25,612 nt of DNA from the IMG/VR virus record IMGVR_UViG_3300025751_000129, positions 1-25,612 of that record. One strand, given 5' to 3'. The translations under genes were made by a program, and so were the position numbers. The notes below the pieces were generated by a model. That model had not been told where the DNA came from and did no database searches. It saw only the letters and a program-made list of their open reading frames with translations. Shown here in pieces: positions 1 to 8,572 of this stretch (positions are counted from its first letter, which is position 1; each line of letters begins with the position of its first letter). This DNA is from a virus (Duplodnaviria; Caudoviricetes).

Positions 1-1395
1 TCTAATGTACTGCTGTGCATATCTAGGGTGTATCCCACTAGCAGAATCCACCAGCTGACTAACAGTACCGCTAGGCTTAACGGCGGTGATAGCAGTAGAA
101 GTATTAATAGATAGTCGGTCAGCCCACGATTTATTCGTAGCGATAGCTTCTTCACGTAACTCAGTAAGCCATGTCTTGAGTACACCTTTGTCTCTCCTTC
201 CCGACAACGTCGGATGATCCATGATGCCCGTCAAGCTAACACCAAGTAATGCTTCTTCTTCAGTGTTGTTCTTCCACACTTTACGTAGGTAACGAAAGTC
301 TGTCAGGGTAGCCTGTAAAGTTCCAAGGATAGTCGCAGTACGTACTTTTCGTTTAAGGTCTGACAAACTATCGGACGCCCTGACAACAACCTCTGACAAA
401 TTACAGAATTGATTAGGTCGGAGGATGATTTCGCTACATGGATTAGTTCCAAAGTCATAGGTAGCATCTCGTCGCTCGTTCTTTGCAGCTTGTTTTTGAC
501 TTGCAATCCTAGAGAACATTCCTCGTTCACCGGATCTGGACTCGTATAAACTTTTCCATTCATCTAAAAATGCCTCAAAGTCTGGCTTCTCTGTGTAACA
601 CGCTGAGTTGTTCGCTAGTCCTCGTTGTGGATTGTCTTGCCACCATTGGCCTGACTTACACCGTCGTAGTCTATCGTCAGTGAGGTTACTGAGACTGATG
701 AGAGCACTTCGCCTAACTCCGCCGACGACAACGATTTGTGCAATCTTACAGCAGATATCGTGACACTCGATTGAGGAAAGCTTACGTCCAGCAGACGCCC
801 TAAAGACCTCTGTGGTAAATTTAAAGAGGTCAACAAGAGGCTCCGCACCAGACGCTCTACCTCCGAAGGTTTTAAGGGTTGCCCCTGCAGGTCGTACTCC
901 AGATACGTCCCACTTTGGAAGCTGACCTGAATACAACAGGCTAATAAGTTCTCTGTAGGCTTTAGCCCATCCAATTTTGCTGTCAGCGACGTGTATAATG
1001 GTATCCGTGTCATGAAAATCCTCTGCTACTTCCGGCAACTTAGAAATGTACTGTCGTTCAACACTAAAGCCGACACCTGTGCCGCACATAAGTACGTACA
1101 TCATTTCGTCAAAAGCTTTAGGGTGGTCAATAGGTAAATAAGAGCAGTTAAAACCTGCTACATTGTCACGGTCCAGTGCTTCACCAGCAGTCATCAAAGC
1201 TCTCATGCTGGGCATCACGTCTAGGTTGTGAATATCAGAAAAAATACCGTTAGCTTCCTCAAGAGTAAGCCTACCTTTCTCAATCCAGAAGTTAAGGTAA
1301 CGGTCGATGGTTTCTTCCCAGGTTTCACGCCGTTGTTCTTCAGGCAAGTACCTTGCGTACCTGCTTTTGTGTATGTACTGTTGGTATGCGTCCAT
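1..1395 (-). CDS. nrdJ: Class II (adenosylcobalamin-dependent, RTPR-like) ribonucleotide reductase, 3' end outside window
   Basis: Translated by hand; absent from the ORF track because it has no stop in the window. 465 open codons from ATG 1395: MDAYQQYIHKSRYARY..RRETWEETIDRY, MPSMRALMTAG, FNCSY, GGVRRSALISL, GTNPCSEI (thiyl-radical Cys), CNLSEV, VKPSGTVSQL. Confidence 0.93.
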   Translation of the reverse strand, partial: MDAYQQYIHKSRYARYLPEEQRRETWEETIDRYLNFWIEKGRLTLEEANGIFSDIHNLDVMPSMRALMTAGEALDRDNVAGFNCSYLPIDHPKAFDEMMYVLMCGTGVGFSVERQYISKLPEVAEDFHDTDTIIHVADSKIGWAKAYRELISLLYSGQLPKWDVSGVRPAGATLKTFGGRASGAEPLVDLFKFTTEVFRASAGRKLSSIECHDICCKIAQIVVVGGVRRSALISLSNLTDDRLRRCKSGQWWQDNPQRGLANNSACYTEKPDFEAFLDEWKSLYESRSGERGMFSRIASQKQAAKNERRDATYDFGTNPCSEIILRPNQFCNLSEVVVRASDSLSDLKRKVRTATILGTLQATLTDFRYLRKVWKNNTEEEALLGVSLTGIMDHPTLSGRRDKGVLKTWLTELREEAIATNKSWADRLSINTSTAITAVKPSGTVSQLVDSASGIHPRYAQQYIR

Positions 1396-1682
1396 TAATT
1401 TATTTCCTTTATCAGTCGTTCAATGTACCAGCGACACTTACGTAAGTCCTCTACTGGCTTTCCTTTGTAGTCGTAACGCCACAAGTACTTCAATGCGTTA
1501 CCCTTTAAGTAGCCTCTGAACTCGTGTTCAGGCATGGACGCCTTGATTGCTTCTATCGCTTCGACAGCACCTTTGTTGTAGTGATCTGGCTTGTTTACAG
1601 GGTCTACAGGTTTCCTGATAGACAAGTTGTTTAATGCTGTTAATGCGTCCCATTCTTCAGGACTAGCTTGGTCAATACTCAT
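1395..1682 (-). CDS. DUF3310 family protein (T7 gp1.7-like putative nucleotide kinase)
   Basis: DPVNKPDHY..EAIEAI..GYLKGNALKYLWRY..K..EDLRKCRWY signature. Start moved to ATG 1682, which has a GAGG SD. TAATG overlap with the RNR start. Confidence 0.8.
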   Translation of the reverse strand: MSIDQASPEEWDALTALNNLSIRKPVDPVNKPDHYNKGAVEAIEAIKASMPEHEFRGYLKGNALKYLWRYDYKGKPVEDLRKCRWYIERLIKEIN

Positions 1683-1851
1683 AAATCTCTTCCTCTTTAA
1701 ATTCCTCTTCAAAGAAGTCAAACCTGTTGATTAGTTTGTCTTCAAACCTGTCAAGCAACTGTTCAGAAGTAATCTCTAACGCTTCCAATAAGTCGTCAGG
1801 ATCATACAGCTTCAGAAGCTTTTCCTTCATCTCCCCCAAAGTTAGTGACAT
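1672..1851 (-). CDS. Small acidic hypothetical phage protein
   Basis: MSLTLGEMKEKLLKLYDPDDLLEALEI; AGGAG SD upstream; packed tightly into the operon. Confidence 0.65.
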   Translation of the reverse strand: MSLTLGEMKEKLLKLYDPDDLLEALEITSEQLLDRFEDKLINRFDFFEEEFKEEEIYEY

Positions 1852-2215
1852 AGTCAATTAACTCCTGCAACGTGTTCAACGTGTACCATAGTATTCCCTC
1901 TTTGTCGCACCACTGTGACATTGTCATCTTGGCACCTTTTCTTATTTTTTTGTTGGGCTGCATAAGCACAAACACTAGTTGTTGTCCTGTAGGCAAGCTG
2001 TCTCTGATACTGGTGTACTTCTTGGTGTCTCCGTCTCTGAAGTACCCTTTGCATTCAACAAGGGTACCAGAAGCATTGTGAACAAAGTCAGGACGATAAG
2101 AACGCTCAATAATGTATGGAACTGTGAACGGCTCATAGTCAAAACCCTTAAGTATCTTGCTGACATCTTCTTCAAACGTGCTTCTAAATGCTGATTTCTT
2201 GGACCTTCGGCTCAT
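1802..2215 (-). CDS. Endonuclease I / Holliday junction resolvase (T7 gp3-like)
   Basis: FRSTFEE, YEP..VPY, YRPDF, VECKG and WCDK motifs. Confidence 0.85.
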   Translation of the reverse strand: MSRRSKKSAFRSTFEEDVSKILKGFDYEPFTVPYIIERSYRPDFVHNASGTLVECKGYFRDGDTKKYTSIRDSLPTGQQLVFVLMQPNKKIRKGAKMTMSQWCDKEGILWYTLNTLQELIDYVTNFGGDEGKASEAV

Positions 2216-3047
2216 TAAACACCTCTACTAAATAGCGTGGTCCTGACGAATAAGCAAAGGCTCTTACGTTAGGCCAACAGTTTTTCTTATAGGAACAGTA
2301 GGAACAGCCAGTGTCCAACTTCATGTTACCGCTTTTGCCGTCTTCCTTTGGCTGGTAGCAGTGTTCTGGTGGCTCAGGTTGTTCCACCATTGCTTTGATG
2401 TGGTCAATACGTTCACCAATGTCATAACCGATCTTCTCATGAACAGGCGCTTGAGTGTCCTCATCATCATACATAAGGTACGACAAGTGACCATTCTGCT
2501 TGTCCATGGCTAACCATCCGTACTTAGTTTGGCCTTCTGCTCTTGCATATCCCTTAATTTGAGAAACGTACCCAAACGGGTCATCAAAAGCGAGATTTCC
2601 GTCTTTGAATTTTCTAAACCCAAAAGTGGACACGCTCTTAACATCAGTGACAACACCGTCAATTTTGCAGTCCATAGAGCCACTAATACCGTTAACTTCA
2701 CACTTTTTCTGTTCATCCGTCACCTCGTGACCTGCTGCTCGTGTGAGGAATAGCAACATCTCCTCAATCAAATGCCCGTACAGGAACTTAACGTACGTGT
2801 GACCCTGCATGTCGTCCATCTTTTCTACGTCATTCCAGACGTTCCAAAGGAAGCGGTCACTGCGTCCTATGTTGGACATGCGTAACTTCCTTGAGTCGTC
2901 ACGCTTCTGTGTAAATTCGTTGCGCATGAGACGCTTAACGCCTTCACCAAAGGCTTCAATGCACTCTTCAATGTCTACGCCTTCAGGTACTTCCTTAGTC
3001 TCTACCAGGTCATAAATGTCTTTTATTAGTGTGTAGATGTTTTTCAT
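2184..3047 (-). CDS. PD-(D/E)XK exonuclease (Cas4/RecB-like)
   Basis: LRMSNIG, FLYGHLIE, GSMDCKIDG..DVKS, YVSQIKGY and C-terminal CSYCSYKKNCW. Confidence 0.8.
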   Translation of the reverse strand: MKNIYTLIKDIYDLVETKEVPEGVDIEECIEAFGEGVKRLMRNEFTQKRDDSRKLRMSNIGRSDRFLWNVWNDVEKMDDMQGHTYVKFLYGHLIEEMLLFLTRAAGHEVTDEQKKCEVNGISGSMDCKIDGVVTDVKSVSTFGFRKFKDGNLAFDDPFGYVSQIKGYARAEGQTKYGWLAMDKQNGHLSYLMYDDEDTQAPVHEKIGYDIGERIDHIKAMVEQPEPPEHCYQPKEDGKSGNMKLDTGCSYCSYKKNCWPNVRAFAYSSGPRYLVEVFNEPKVQEISI

Positions 3048-3056
3048 GGTTTAGCC

Positions 3057-4701
3057 TTAGTGGGTTTCTGCCCACGTAGTTCCGATTTGGTACTCTCCGT
3101 CAAGCGGACATCTGAGTTTAAAGTGTACGCCTGACGCCTTGAGACATTCGACCGCAAGCCAACCGAATTTCTCTGCTTGTTCTTTAGCCACTTCCGATTG
3201 TACTTCATCATGTATGTTACCTATAAACTTGTAGTCAATATCCCACTGTTTTGCATAGTCGTCAAGGATAACCAAAGCCTTTTTCATGACTATAGCACCA
3301 GCAGCCTGTAGCAGTGTGTTTAGTGCAGCATGTTCAGATCGAATCCTGAGATGTCTACCGTCAAGTCCTCTGAGATAGCCTCGTTGAGCTGCTCTAGTAG
3401 TGTGTTCTCGTAAACTTTCAAGAGCAGGTGTATTTCGTAGGAATCTTTGTTTAAGTTGTGCGCCAGTTCTTGCGCTTCCTCCAACGATAGATCCGATTTT
3501 GGCATCGCCTGCTCCATAGAGGAAAGCGTAGATGAAAGTCTTTGCTTGAGGTCTTGTTTCAAGCCCAGCAGCCATTTGGTTTCTTGTATGAATGTCTTCG
3601 GTGAGTAGGACATTAGTAAATTCCTCATCGTTCATGTAGTGAGCTAACATACGTAGTTCAAGACCACTAGCGTCAAAACCTACGAGCTTCTTACCGTCAG
3701 GGACTGTCCAACAGGAGCGACACTCTTTACCGTAAGGACTATGGCCAGCTGGAACCTGAGCCATATTAGGATTCTGGTGAGTCATGCGACCAGTAACAGC
3801 ACCATTGCTAATGACTCTTCCGTGTACTCTACCGTCCTCTTGGACAGCTTCCAGCCACGAGAGTACCTGCGCGTGGCGCTTCTGAAGCAACAGATATTCC
3901 AGAACTTTTGCCGCTTCAGGGACATGATCGTTCTGCTTAAGCGTCTTTTCGTCAACAACGGGCTTTCCGCTTGGCGTGAGTTCCGTCCACACCGCACCTT
4001 TTGTTTGAAGTCTCTCTGCCACTTGTTGCCGTGAACCGACATTGAAAACCGTAACCTTATCTTTAAGGCGCTTCTTGGTCTTTTCAGAATACCTCTCTTC
4101 GACAATGGGTGGAAACATCTCTTGTAGTTCATACTGTATGTCATTCATGCCTTCCTTGAAGGTAGCGCAGAGGTTGTTAGCTAAGTCCTGGTCAAGAAGC
4201 CAGCCGTTGTTCTCCTGCTGCTGCACGATCCATTGAACCTTATGTTCAAGGTCTAGACACTCCTTGTTTTCCCATTTGTCCATACCACTGACTAACTTCT
4301 GGTGTACTGCTTCAGTGACTGCTACGTCCTGTATGCAGTAGTCAATCATCTCTTGTGACAGACAAGAAAAGTCAGAATGGTCACCTTTGGGAAAGCCCAA
4401 CTCGTTCCCCCAATTCCTCAAAGAGTGACCACCTGACTTGCTTGGTTCAAAAAGACGTGAAAGTACCAAAGTATCGACTATACGCTCAGAGGCCACAGAA
4501 ACGTCCCAGAGCCCAGAGACGATTTAGGACAGGCAGGTCGTACCCTATCAGATTGTGTCCAACGACGCTCACAGAGCCTCTCAGAGCCTCACAGAGGCTG
4601 TCTGGAGTGGTATGCACAGTATTAACACCATTTTCCCTGGTTACTACGCACCAAATGGTTGTTGGGTCTAAACCGTCAGCTTCAAGATCCAAATAAATCA
4701 T
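3057..4701 (-). CDS. polA: Family A DNA polymerase with 3'-5' exonuclease; frameshifted by a 7-bp duplication at 4505-4518
   Basis: ExoI LDLEAD and ExoII GHNLIGYD lie in ORF 4486-4701. ExoIII YCIQD, motif A DASGLELR, motif B RPQAKTFIYAFLYG and motif C NIHDE lie in ORF 3057-4496. Removing one CCCAGAG copy gives a single 545-aa frame (..RLWDVSVASERIVDTL..). Confidence 0.92.
4505..4518. repeat. 7-bp tandem duplication (CCCAGAG)x2
   Basis: Read directly at the polymerase frameshift. Confidence 0.9.
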
Positions 4702-4996
4702 ACTGCAGTTCTTCAGGCTCCACGTAGTCAGTTTCTAAGTAGTCTTTCTCTTCCGTTGTCTTTTTTCTATGGCAATTAGCACAAAGAACTTGGCAATTCT
4801 CTAGCTCCTTAATTATAGCGTTCCAACCATAATGATGCATTCTAGCCATCTTAGCTTTTTTCTTTGTTCTGTCAATGTGGTCCAGTTCTAATGCTTGAGG
4901 TATTTCGTTATAACCACATTTTTCACAGCCTTTCTCCATCTTATAGTCTTGAATGAATTTTTTCTTTTCATTTTTATGCATTCGTTTATAAGGCAT
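4682..4996 (-). CDS. Free-standing HNH endonuclease
   Basis: CEKCG..LELDHID..ENCQVLCANCHRKKT; visibly more AT-rich than its neighbours. Confidence 0.85.
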   Translation of the reverse strand: MPYKRMHKNEKKKFIQDYKMEKGCEKCGYNEIPQALELDHIDRTKKKAKMARMHHYGWNAIIKELENCQVLCANCHRKKTTEEKDYLETDYVEPEELQYDLFGS

Positions 4997-6603
4997 TAAA
5001 AGTCCTCGTTTGTATTAGGATTTGCGACTTCCTGTAACCTCCCTGTTTGTTTGTCGTACTGTAGCCAACAAGCGGGTCCAGTTTCACCTGTGTACCTATT
5101 CTTGAGGACACGAACAGTAGTAGTGTTTCTTACGTCTTCGTTTTCGTTCTGCTGGTCACGTTCCATACCAATGACAATGTCTGACAACTGTGCGATAGCT
5201 TGTGAACCACGTAGTTCACCTAAGCTGATCTGTGCTCCGTCCTCGTGTGCCTTGCCTTGTGACCTGCGTAAGTGTGACACGAGGAATAGGCAGATGCCTG
5301 TTTCAGCTACGAGTGTGCGTAGGCGTGTCATGATCTCGTCAATGGCTTTTCTCTCGTCTCCTGACTCTTGGGAACTGACGACGATGGACAAGTGATCCAG
5401 TACGACGTACCGGCAGTCAAGTGCTTTTGCCATGTAGCGAACACGGGCGAGCAAGTTATCTGCTGAAGTTGACCCCCAATGGTCAAATAAGTAGTAACGT
5501 CCTGTTCCCAATGTGGCTTCCCAGAATGGCCGAAGCTCGTCCACTGGCGTGTCCTCTTCCAAGTGTAAGGGTCTGTTTGCTGCCACCGACATGATACCAA
5601 GCGATGTTCTGGCCAAATCTTCCTCAAGCGCCAAGACTCCAATATTGCCTTCGCATCGGCGTAGTAAATCATATTCGATTTCTCTGATAAATTGGGACTT
5701 TCCCATACCACTGCCGCTAGTGATCGTGACCAACTCATAAGGCCGATGTCCTCTTGTTAACTCATTGAGGCCGTTCCAAGGATAAGGTATGGACTTCACC
5801 TGGCGCTTTTGTACCAGTGTGTCCCATGTGTCAGTTCCTGCAACAATGCCGTCAGGACGGTAAACCTTTGCATTCCACCATGCTTGCGTAAAGTCCTTAA
5901 CACGGTTCGCCATGAGCATGTCACTGGCGTCCTTCAACGGTAACTTTACTATTTTTAACTTGTTGGGGCTAAAGAGATCTTTGACTTGTTCCAGAGCAGC
6001 GTCACCGGCCTTGTCATTGTCAAAGCAGAGTACCACTTGGTCGTACCCTTCGAGCCACTCTAGCTGTTCCTTGATCTCCTTGGCTGCAGAGGACGCACCT
6101 GCACGTAGTGACACCACGTCGTACTGCTTGTTGAACATCTCGTACACAGCTAAGGCGTCAAGTTCACCTTCCGTGATTGTTATGAACTTGTTAGTACTGC
6201 ACTGTTGTTGTCCGAAGAACCCAGCATTCTTTGGGTCTCCGTTACTAAAAAAGTTTTTGGTTTTGACTTCTCTGACTTTGGCTGCACATACTTCACCTGT
6301 GTTTACGTCATAGTAAGGGTAGTAGTGTTTGACTATTTCACCTGTAGTGCCGTACTCAATGGTAACGCCAAAGCGCATACAGGTTTCTTTGGATATTCTT
6401 CTGTTAGGTATAGCCGCCACTGTACCAAACATCTGTAGTGGCTTAGCTTTTGCAATGGGTATAACTTCGGACATGTCACCTGTTCCACCTGTATGGTAAT
6501 CACAAACGGCACTAAAGCAATGCGTAGAACCGTCGTCGTAAATAGCAAGGGCGTCCGAAGAATTACACTTGGGACACCCTTCATGTCTCACAAAGTTAGC
6601 CAT
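4996..6603 (-). CDS. DNA primase-helicase (T7 gp4-like)
   Basis: Zn finger CPKC..HCFSAVC, TOPRIM TEGELDAL and FDND..G, Walker A SGSGMGKS, LDHL, LRGS, KNRYTG. Confidence 0.95.
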   Translation of the reverse strand: MANFVRHEGCPKCNSSDALAIYDDGSTHCFSAVCDYHTGGTGDMSEVIPIAKAKPLQMFGTVAAIPNRRISKETCMRFGVTIEYGTTGEIVKHYYPYYDVNTGEVCAAKVREVKTKNFFSNGDPKNAGFFGQQQCSTNKFITITEGELDALAVYEMFNKQYDVVSLRAGASSAAKEIKEQLEWLEGYDQVVLCFDNDKAGDAALEQVKDLFSPNKLKIVKLPLKDASDMLMANRVKDFTQAWWNAKVYRPDGIVAGTDTWDTLVQKRQVKSIPYPWNGLNELTRGHRPYELVTITSGSGMGKSQFIREIEYDLLRRCEGNIGVLALEEDLARTSLGIMSVAANRPLHLEEDTPVDELRPFWEATLGTGRYYLFDHWGSTSADNLLARVRYMAKALDCRYVVLDHLSIVVSSQESGDERKAIDEIMTRLRTLVAETGICLFLVSHLRRSQGKAHEDGAQISLGELRGSQAIAQLSDIVIGMERDQQNENEDVRNTTTVRVLKNRYTGETGPACWLQYDKQTGRLQEVANPNTNEDF

Positions 6604-6604
6604 G

Positions 6605-6976
6605 TTAGAAGTCTGCGAGTTCTCCTAGTTCCAACTCTGCTTCTTCTAAAACTTTTACTGCTTCCAGGTAAGTAGACACACCGTGTACAGGATGTGGCTG
6701 ACCTAGCTTGTACTTCAGGCGAACCTTAGAGTTATAAGGTACTTCACCTCTGTAAGGATTACCTTCAGCGTCAAATGTCCGTACGTCGTACTTTGACTTA
6801 AACTTACGCTGCTTAGCACCTTGGTAGTCCTTAATCTTTACACCTAGCGCCGCTAATTCACTGGCGTCGTCCTCTGACACAGTGATAGTCATAGAGAATT
6901 GGCCGGTGTCCTGACCGTTGTACACGTCATGCTCAGTTAGGTTGCTAAAGTTACAAATGCCTTCGATTGTTGCCAT
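6605..6976 (-). CDS. Single-stranded DNA-binding protein (gp2.5-like)
   Basis: Lies just upstream of primase-helicase; acidic tail ending in Phe (EEAELELGELADF); GGAG SD before ATG 6976. Confidence 0.7.
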   Translation of the reverse strand: MATIEGICNFSNLTEHDVYNGQDTGQFSMTITVSEDDASELAALGVKIKDYQGAKQRKFKSKYDVRTFDAEGNPYRGEVPYNSKVRLKYKLGQPHPVHGVSTYLEAVKVLEEAELELGELADF

Positions 6977-7033
6977 TGGAATAATCTCCGTTTCTACTTG
7001 GGTTGCGACTAGATCCTCTCTAGCCATACTAAT

Positions 7034-7063
7034 ATTATACCACATCATTTAGTCAAAAGCCAA
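7034..7063 (-). promoter_or_regulatory. sigma70 extended -10 promoter for the replication operon
   Basis: Minus strand reads TTGGCT-N18-TATAAT with TGn directly before the -10 (TGTGGTATAAT). Confidence 0.6.
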
Positions 7064-7237
7064 CACAAAGTTGCCTTCTGTTGGCATACTAGGATCGTTC
7101 ACAAGGTACGTAAAGTAGGAAATTCTAGCTGCATTGATTACTTGCTCGTCTTCTTCTCCAGAACTGAAAGTCACTTGTTGGTCAAGATAACACTCAGGCA
7201 TACGCTGTAAAACTTCCAATAGTTGTTTGTAAGTCAT
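7049..7237 (-). CDS. Hypothetical early protein
   Basis: MTYKQLLEVLQRMPECYLDQQVT; GAGG SD. Confidence 0.65.
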   Translation of the reverse strand: MTYKQLLEVLQRMPECYLDQQVTFSSGEEDEQVINAARISYFTYLVNDPSMPTEGNFVLAFD

Positions 7238-7238
7238 G

Positions 7239-7493
7239 TTAATCGTCCTCTGGTGTTGGAAATGGATCACTAACTTTGTCCAGGAATACTTCAAAGTCGG
7301 ACCTACTGATTTTCACAGTGTCGCTAGGAGCTTCTCTAGCGTCCATCTCAAGCTTAAAAACAAAAGGTATACCACCATAAGGGTCACGCCTCATTATCTC
7401 GTTAGCGATCTCTCTGGCCTCAATGAAGCCTAGTCGATAAATGGAGTAGTCACCTCCGGTCACTTCGTACACACTAAACTCGTCTCTAATCAT
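7239..7493 (-). CDS. Hypothetical early protein
   Basis: 84-aa ORF with AGGAG SD. Confidence 0.65.
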   Translation of the reverse strand: MIRDEFSVYEVTGGDYSIYRLGFIEAREIANEIMRRDPYGGIPFVFKLEMDAREAPSDTVKISRSDFEVFLDKVSDPFPTPEDD

Positions 7494-7509
7494 ACTTAAG
7501 TTATCTCCT

Positions 7510-7634
7510 GTTGTACTACTGAAGTACTAATGTTGTTTACTACTTTTGTTTACTACTTTTGTTTACTACTTTTGTTTACTACTAATGTTTAACTACTTCT
7601 GTTTACTTCTAAGGTACTACATAGGTACTACTTT
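7510..7634. repeat. 13-bp tandem array GTTTACTACTTTT (3 perfect copies plus degenerate copies); candidate origin
   Basis: Perfect units at 7535, 7548 and 7561; degenerate units at 7574, 7587 and 7601; further TACTAC cores on both flanks; intergenic. Confidence 0.85.
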
Positions 7635-7821
7635 AGTAGAGGGTATCATAGTCCTCATCATTTGTCAAGAATAAATCCTCAGTAATAGTACCAATGCTGT
7701 CTACATTAGTATCTATAGAAGAAAATAAGCAGTTGTTGCATAGATCAATAAAGTTCCCTTGGTTGTCTTTCTTTAACAATTCTTTTTCTTCCAATATTCG
7801 ATCACATGCTTTACATCTCAT
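7633..7821 (-). CDS. Small CxxC..CxxC zinc-finger protein
   Basis: MRCKACDRIL..DLCNNC. Confidence 0.7.
   Translation of the reverse strand: MRCKACDRILEEKELLKKDNQGNFIDLCNNCLFSSIDTNVDSIGTITEDLFLTNDEDYDTLY
7640..7668 (-). promoter_or_regulatory. Putative sigma70 promoter firing into the repeat array
   Basis: TTGACA-N17-TACCCT with a TGn extension. Confidence 0.45.
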
Positions 7822-8015
7822 ATGTTTTTCCAGTCGTCTCCGTAGATGTCCAACATGTTGCGCTCTAGGTCGCTCCTGTCCATCTCTTTCAGCCTTTGTT
7901 TCACCTGAAGTCTAAACATTTCAACTTCATAGTCCTCAATCATAGCCATCATGTAATCCATTTCTGCAGCACTAAAGTAGTCTGTAGGATCTGGTGGCAG
8001 CATATGTTCAACCAT
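7818..8015 (-). CDS. Hypothetical early protein
   Basis: 65 aa; overlaps both neighbours; GGGAG SD. Confidence 0.6.
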   Translation of the reverse strand: MVEHMLPPDPTDYFSAAEMDYMMAMIEDYEVEMFRLQVKQRLKEMDRSDLERNMLDIYGDDWKNI

Positions 8016-8262
8016 TGTTAATTCTCCCTGTTAAGTATCTCCAGTGTTTAATTGCGTCGGCTAACTGTTGCATTCTCTCTAGTTGCCTCTGGTGTTCCTG
8101 GTTTAGTTCCTCAGTGGTTAGCAGTAAATTAGTTACTGTCGTGTCCATAGCGTCAAAGTCCGGCTCCTCTTCAGGATCTCTCTCGTAGTCCCGATAGATG
8201 CCTTTGCCTTCCACCATGTTGTCATAGTCGTCCTGCCAGATGTCCACTAGTTCTCTCGCCAT
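8008..8262 (-). CDS. Hypothetical early protein
   Basis: 84 aa; AAGGAG SD. Confidence 0.65.
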   Translation of the reverse strand: MARELVDIWQDDYDNMVEGKGIYRDYERDPEEEPDFDAMDTTVTNLLLTTEELNQEHQRQLERMQQLADAIKHWRYLTGRINNG

Positions 8263-8264
8263 CT

Positions 8265-8429
8265 TTAGTTCTCCTTAGCTCCTACGTATCTCCTGAGCTT
8301 ACCTGATCGTTTTAACTTCTTCAATGCTGTGCATTCCGTTTGTTGAACTTCTGAACGTGTCATGTTTAACGCTTTGGCTACTTCTTCCTGTGACATAAAG
8401 TAGTCCTTTACGTGGCTTCTGTTCTTCAA
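8265..8429 (-). CDS. Stand-alone sigma70 region 4-like HTH protein (54 aa)
   Basis: Translated by hand: GGAGG SD, TTG start, MKNRSHVKDYFMSQEEVAKALNMTRSEVQQTECTALKKLKRSGKLRRYVGAKEN. Aligns by eye to RpoD 4.2 [28 protein letters not shown]. Confidence 0.75.
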   Translation of the reverse strand: MKNRSHVKDYFMSQEEVAKALNMTRSEVQQTECTALKKLKRSGKLRRYVGAKEN

Positions 8430-8462
8430 AAGTACCTCCAGTAATATTTACTTATTTCACAC

Positions 8463-8544
8463 CTAAACCATGCAACGGACAACACGTAGGTATATCTTAA
8501 GTTGTTATGGCTTGGTATGTACAATAGTTGTAGCATAGGTTTAG
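8463..8544 (+). other. Intergenic long irregular hairpin (candidate structured RNA)
   Basis: Nested pairings CTAAACC/GGTTTAG, ATGC/GCAT and ACAAC/GTTGT, plus an inner stem rich in G-U pairs on the + strand. Confidence 0.4.
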
Positions 8545-8572
8545 ACGAAAAGTAAAAGTTAAATTTCATAAG

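Noticed and set aside
303-1013. ORF-track ORFs 303-563 and 615-1013
   Set aside because: They are alternate frames within the continuous RNR reading frame 1395 to 1.
4355-4696. Plus-strand ORF over the polymerase break, or an intron/intein
   Set aside because: The break is fully explained by the 7-bp duplication; no intervening element is present.
6977-7048. N-terminal extension of SSB in the ORF track
   Set aside because: It overlaps the promoter; the better SD precedes ATG 6976.
7535-7613. Repeat array as CRISPR
   Set aside because: The 13-bp units abut with no unique spacers; the Cas4-like nuclease is an ordinary phage exonuclease.
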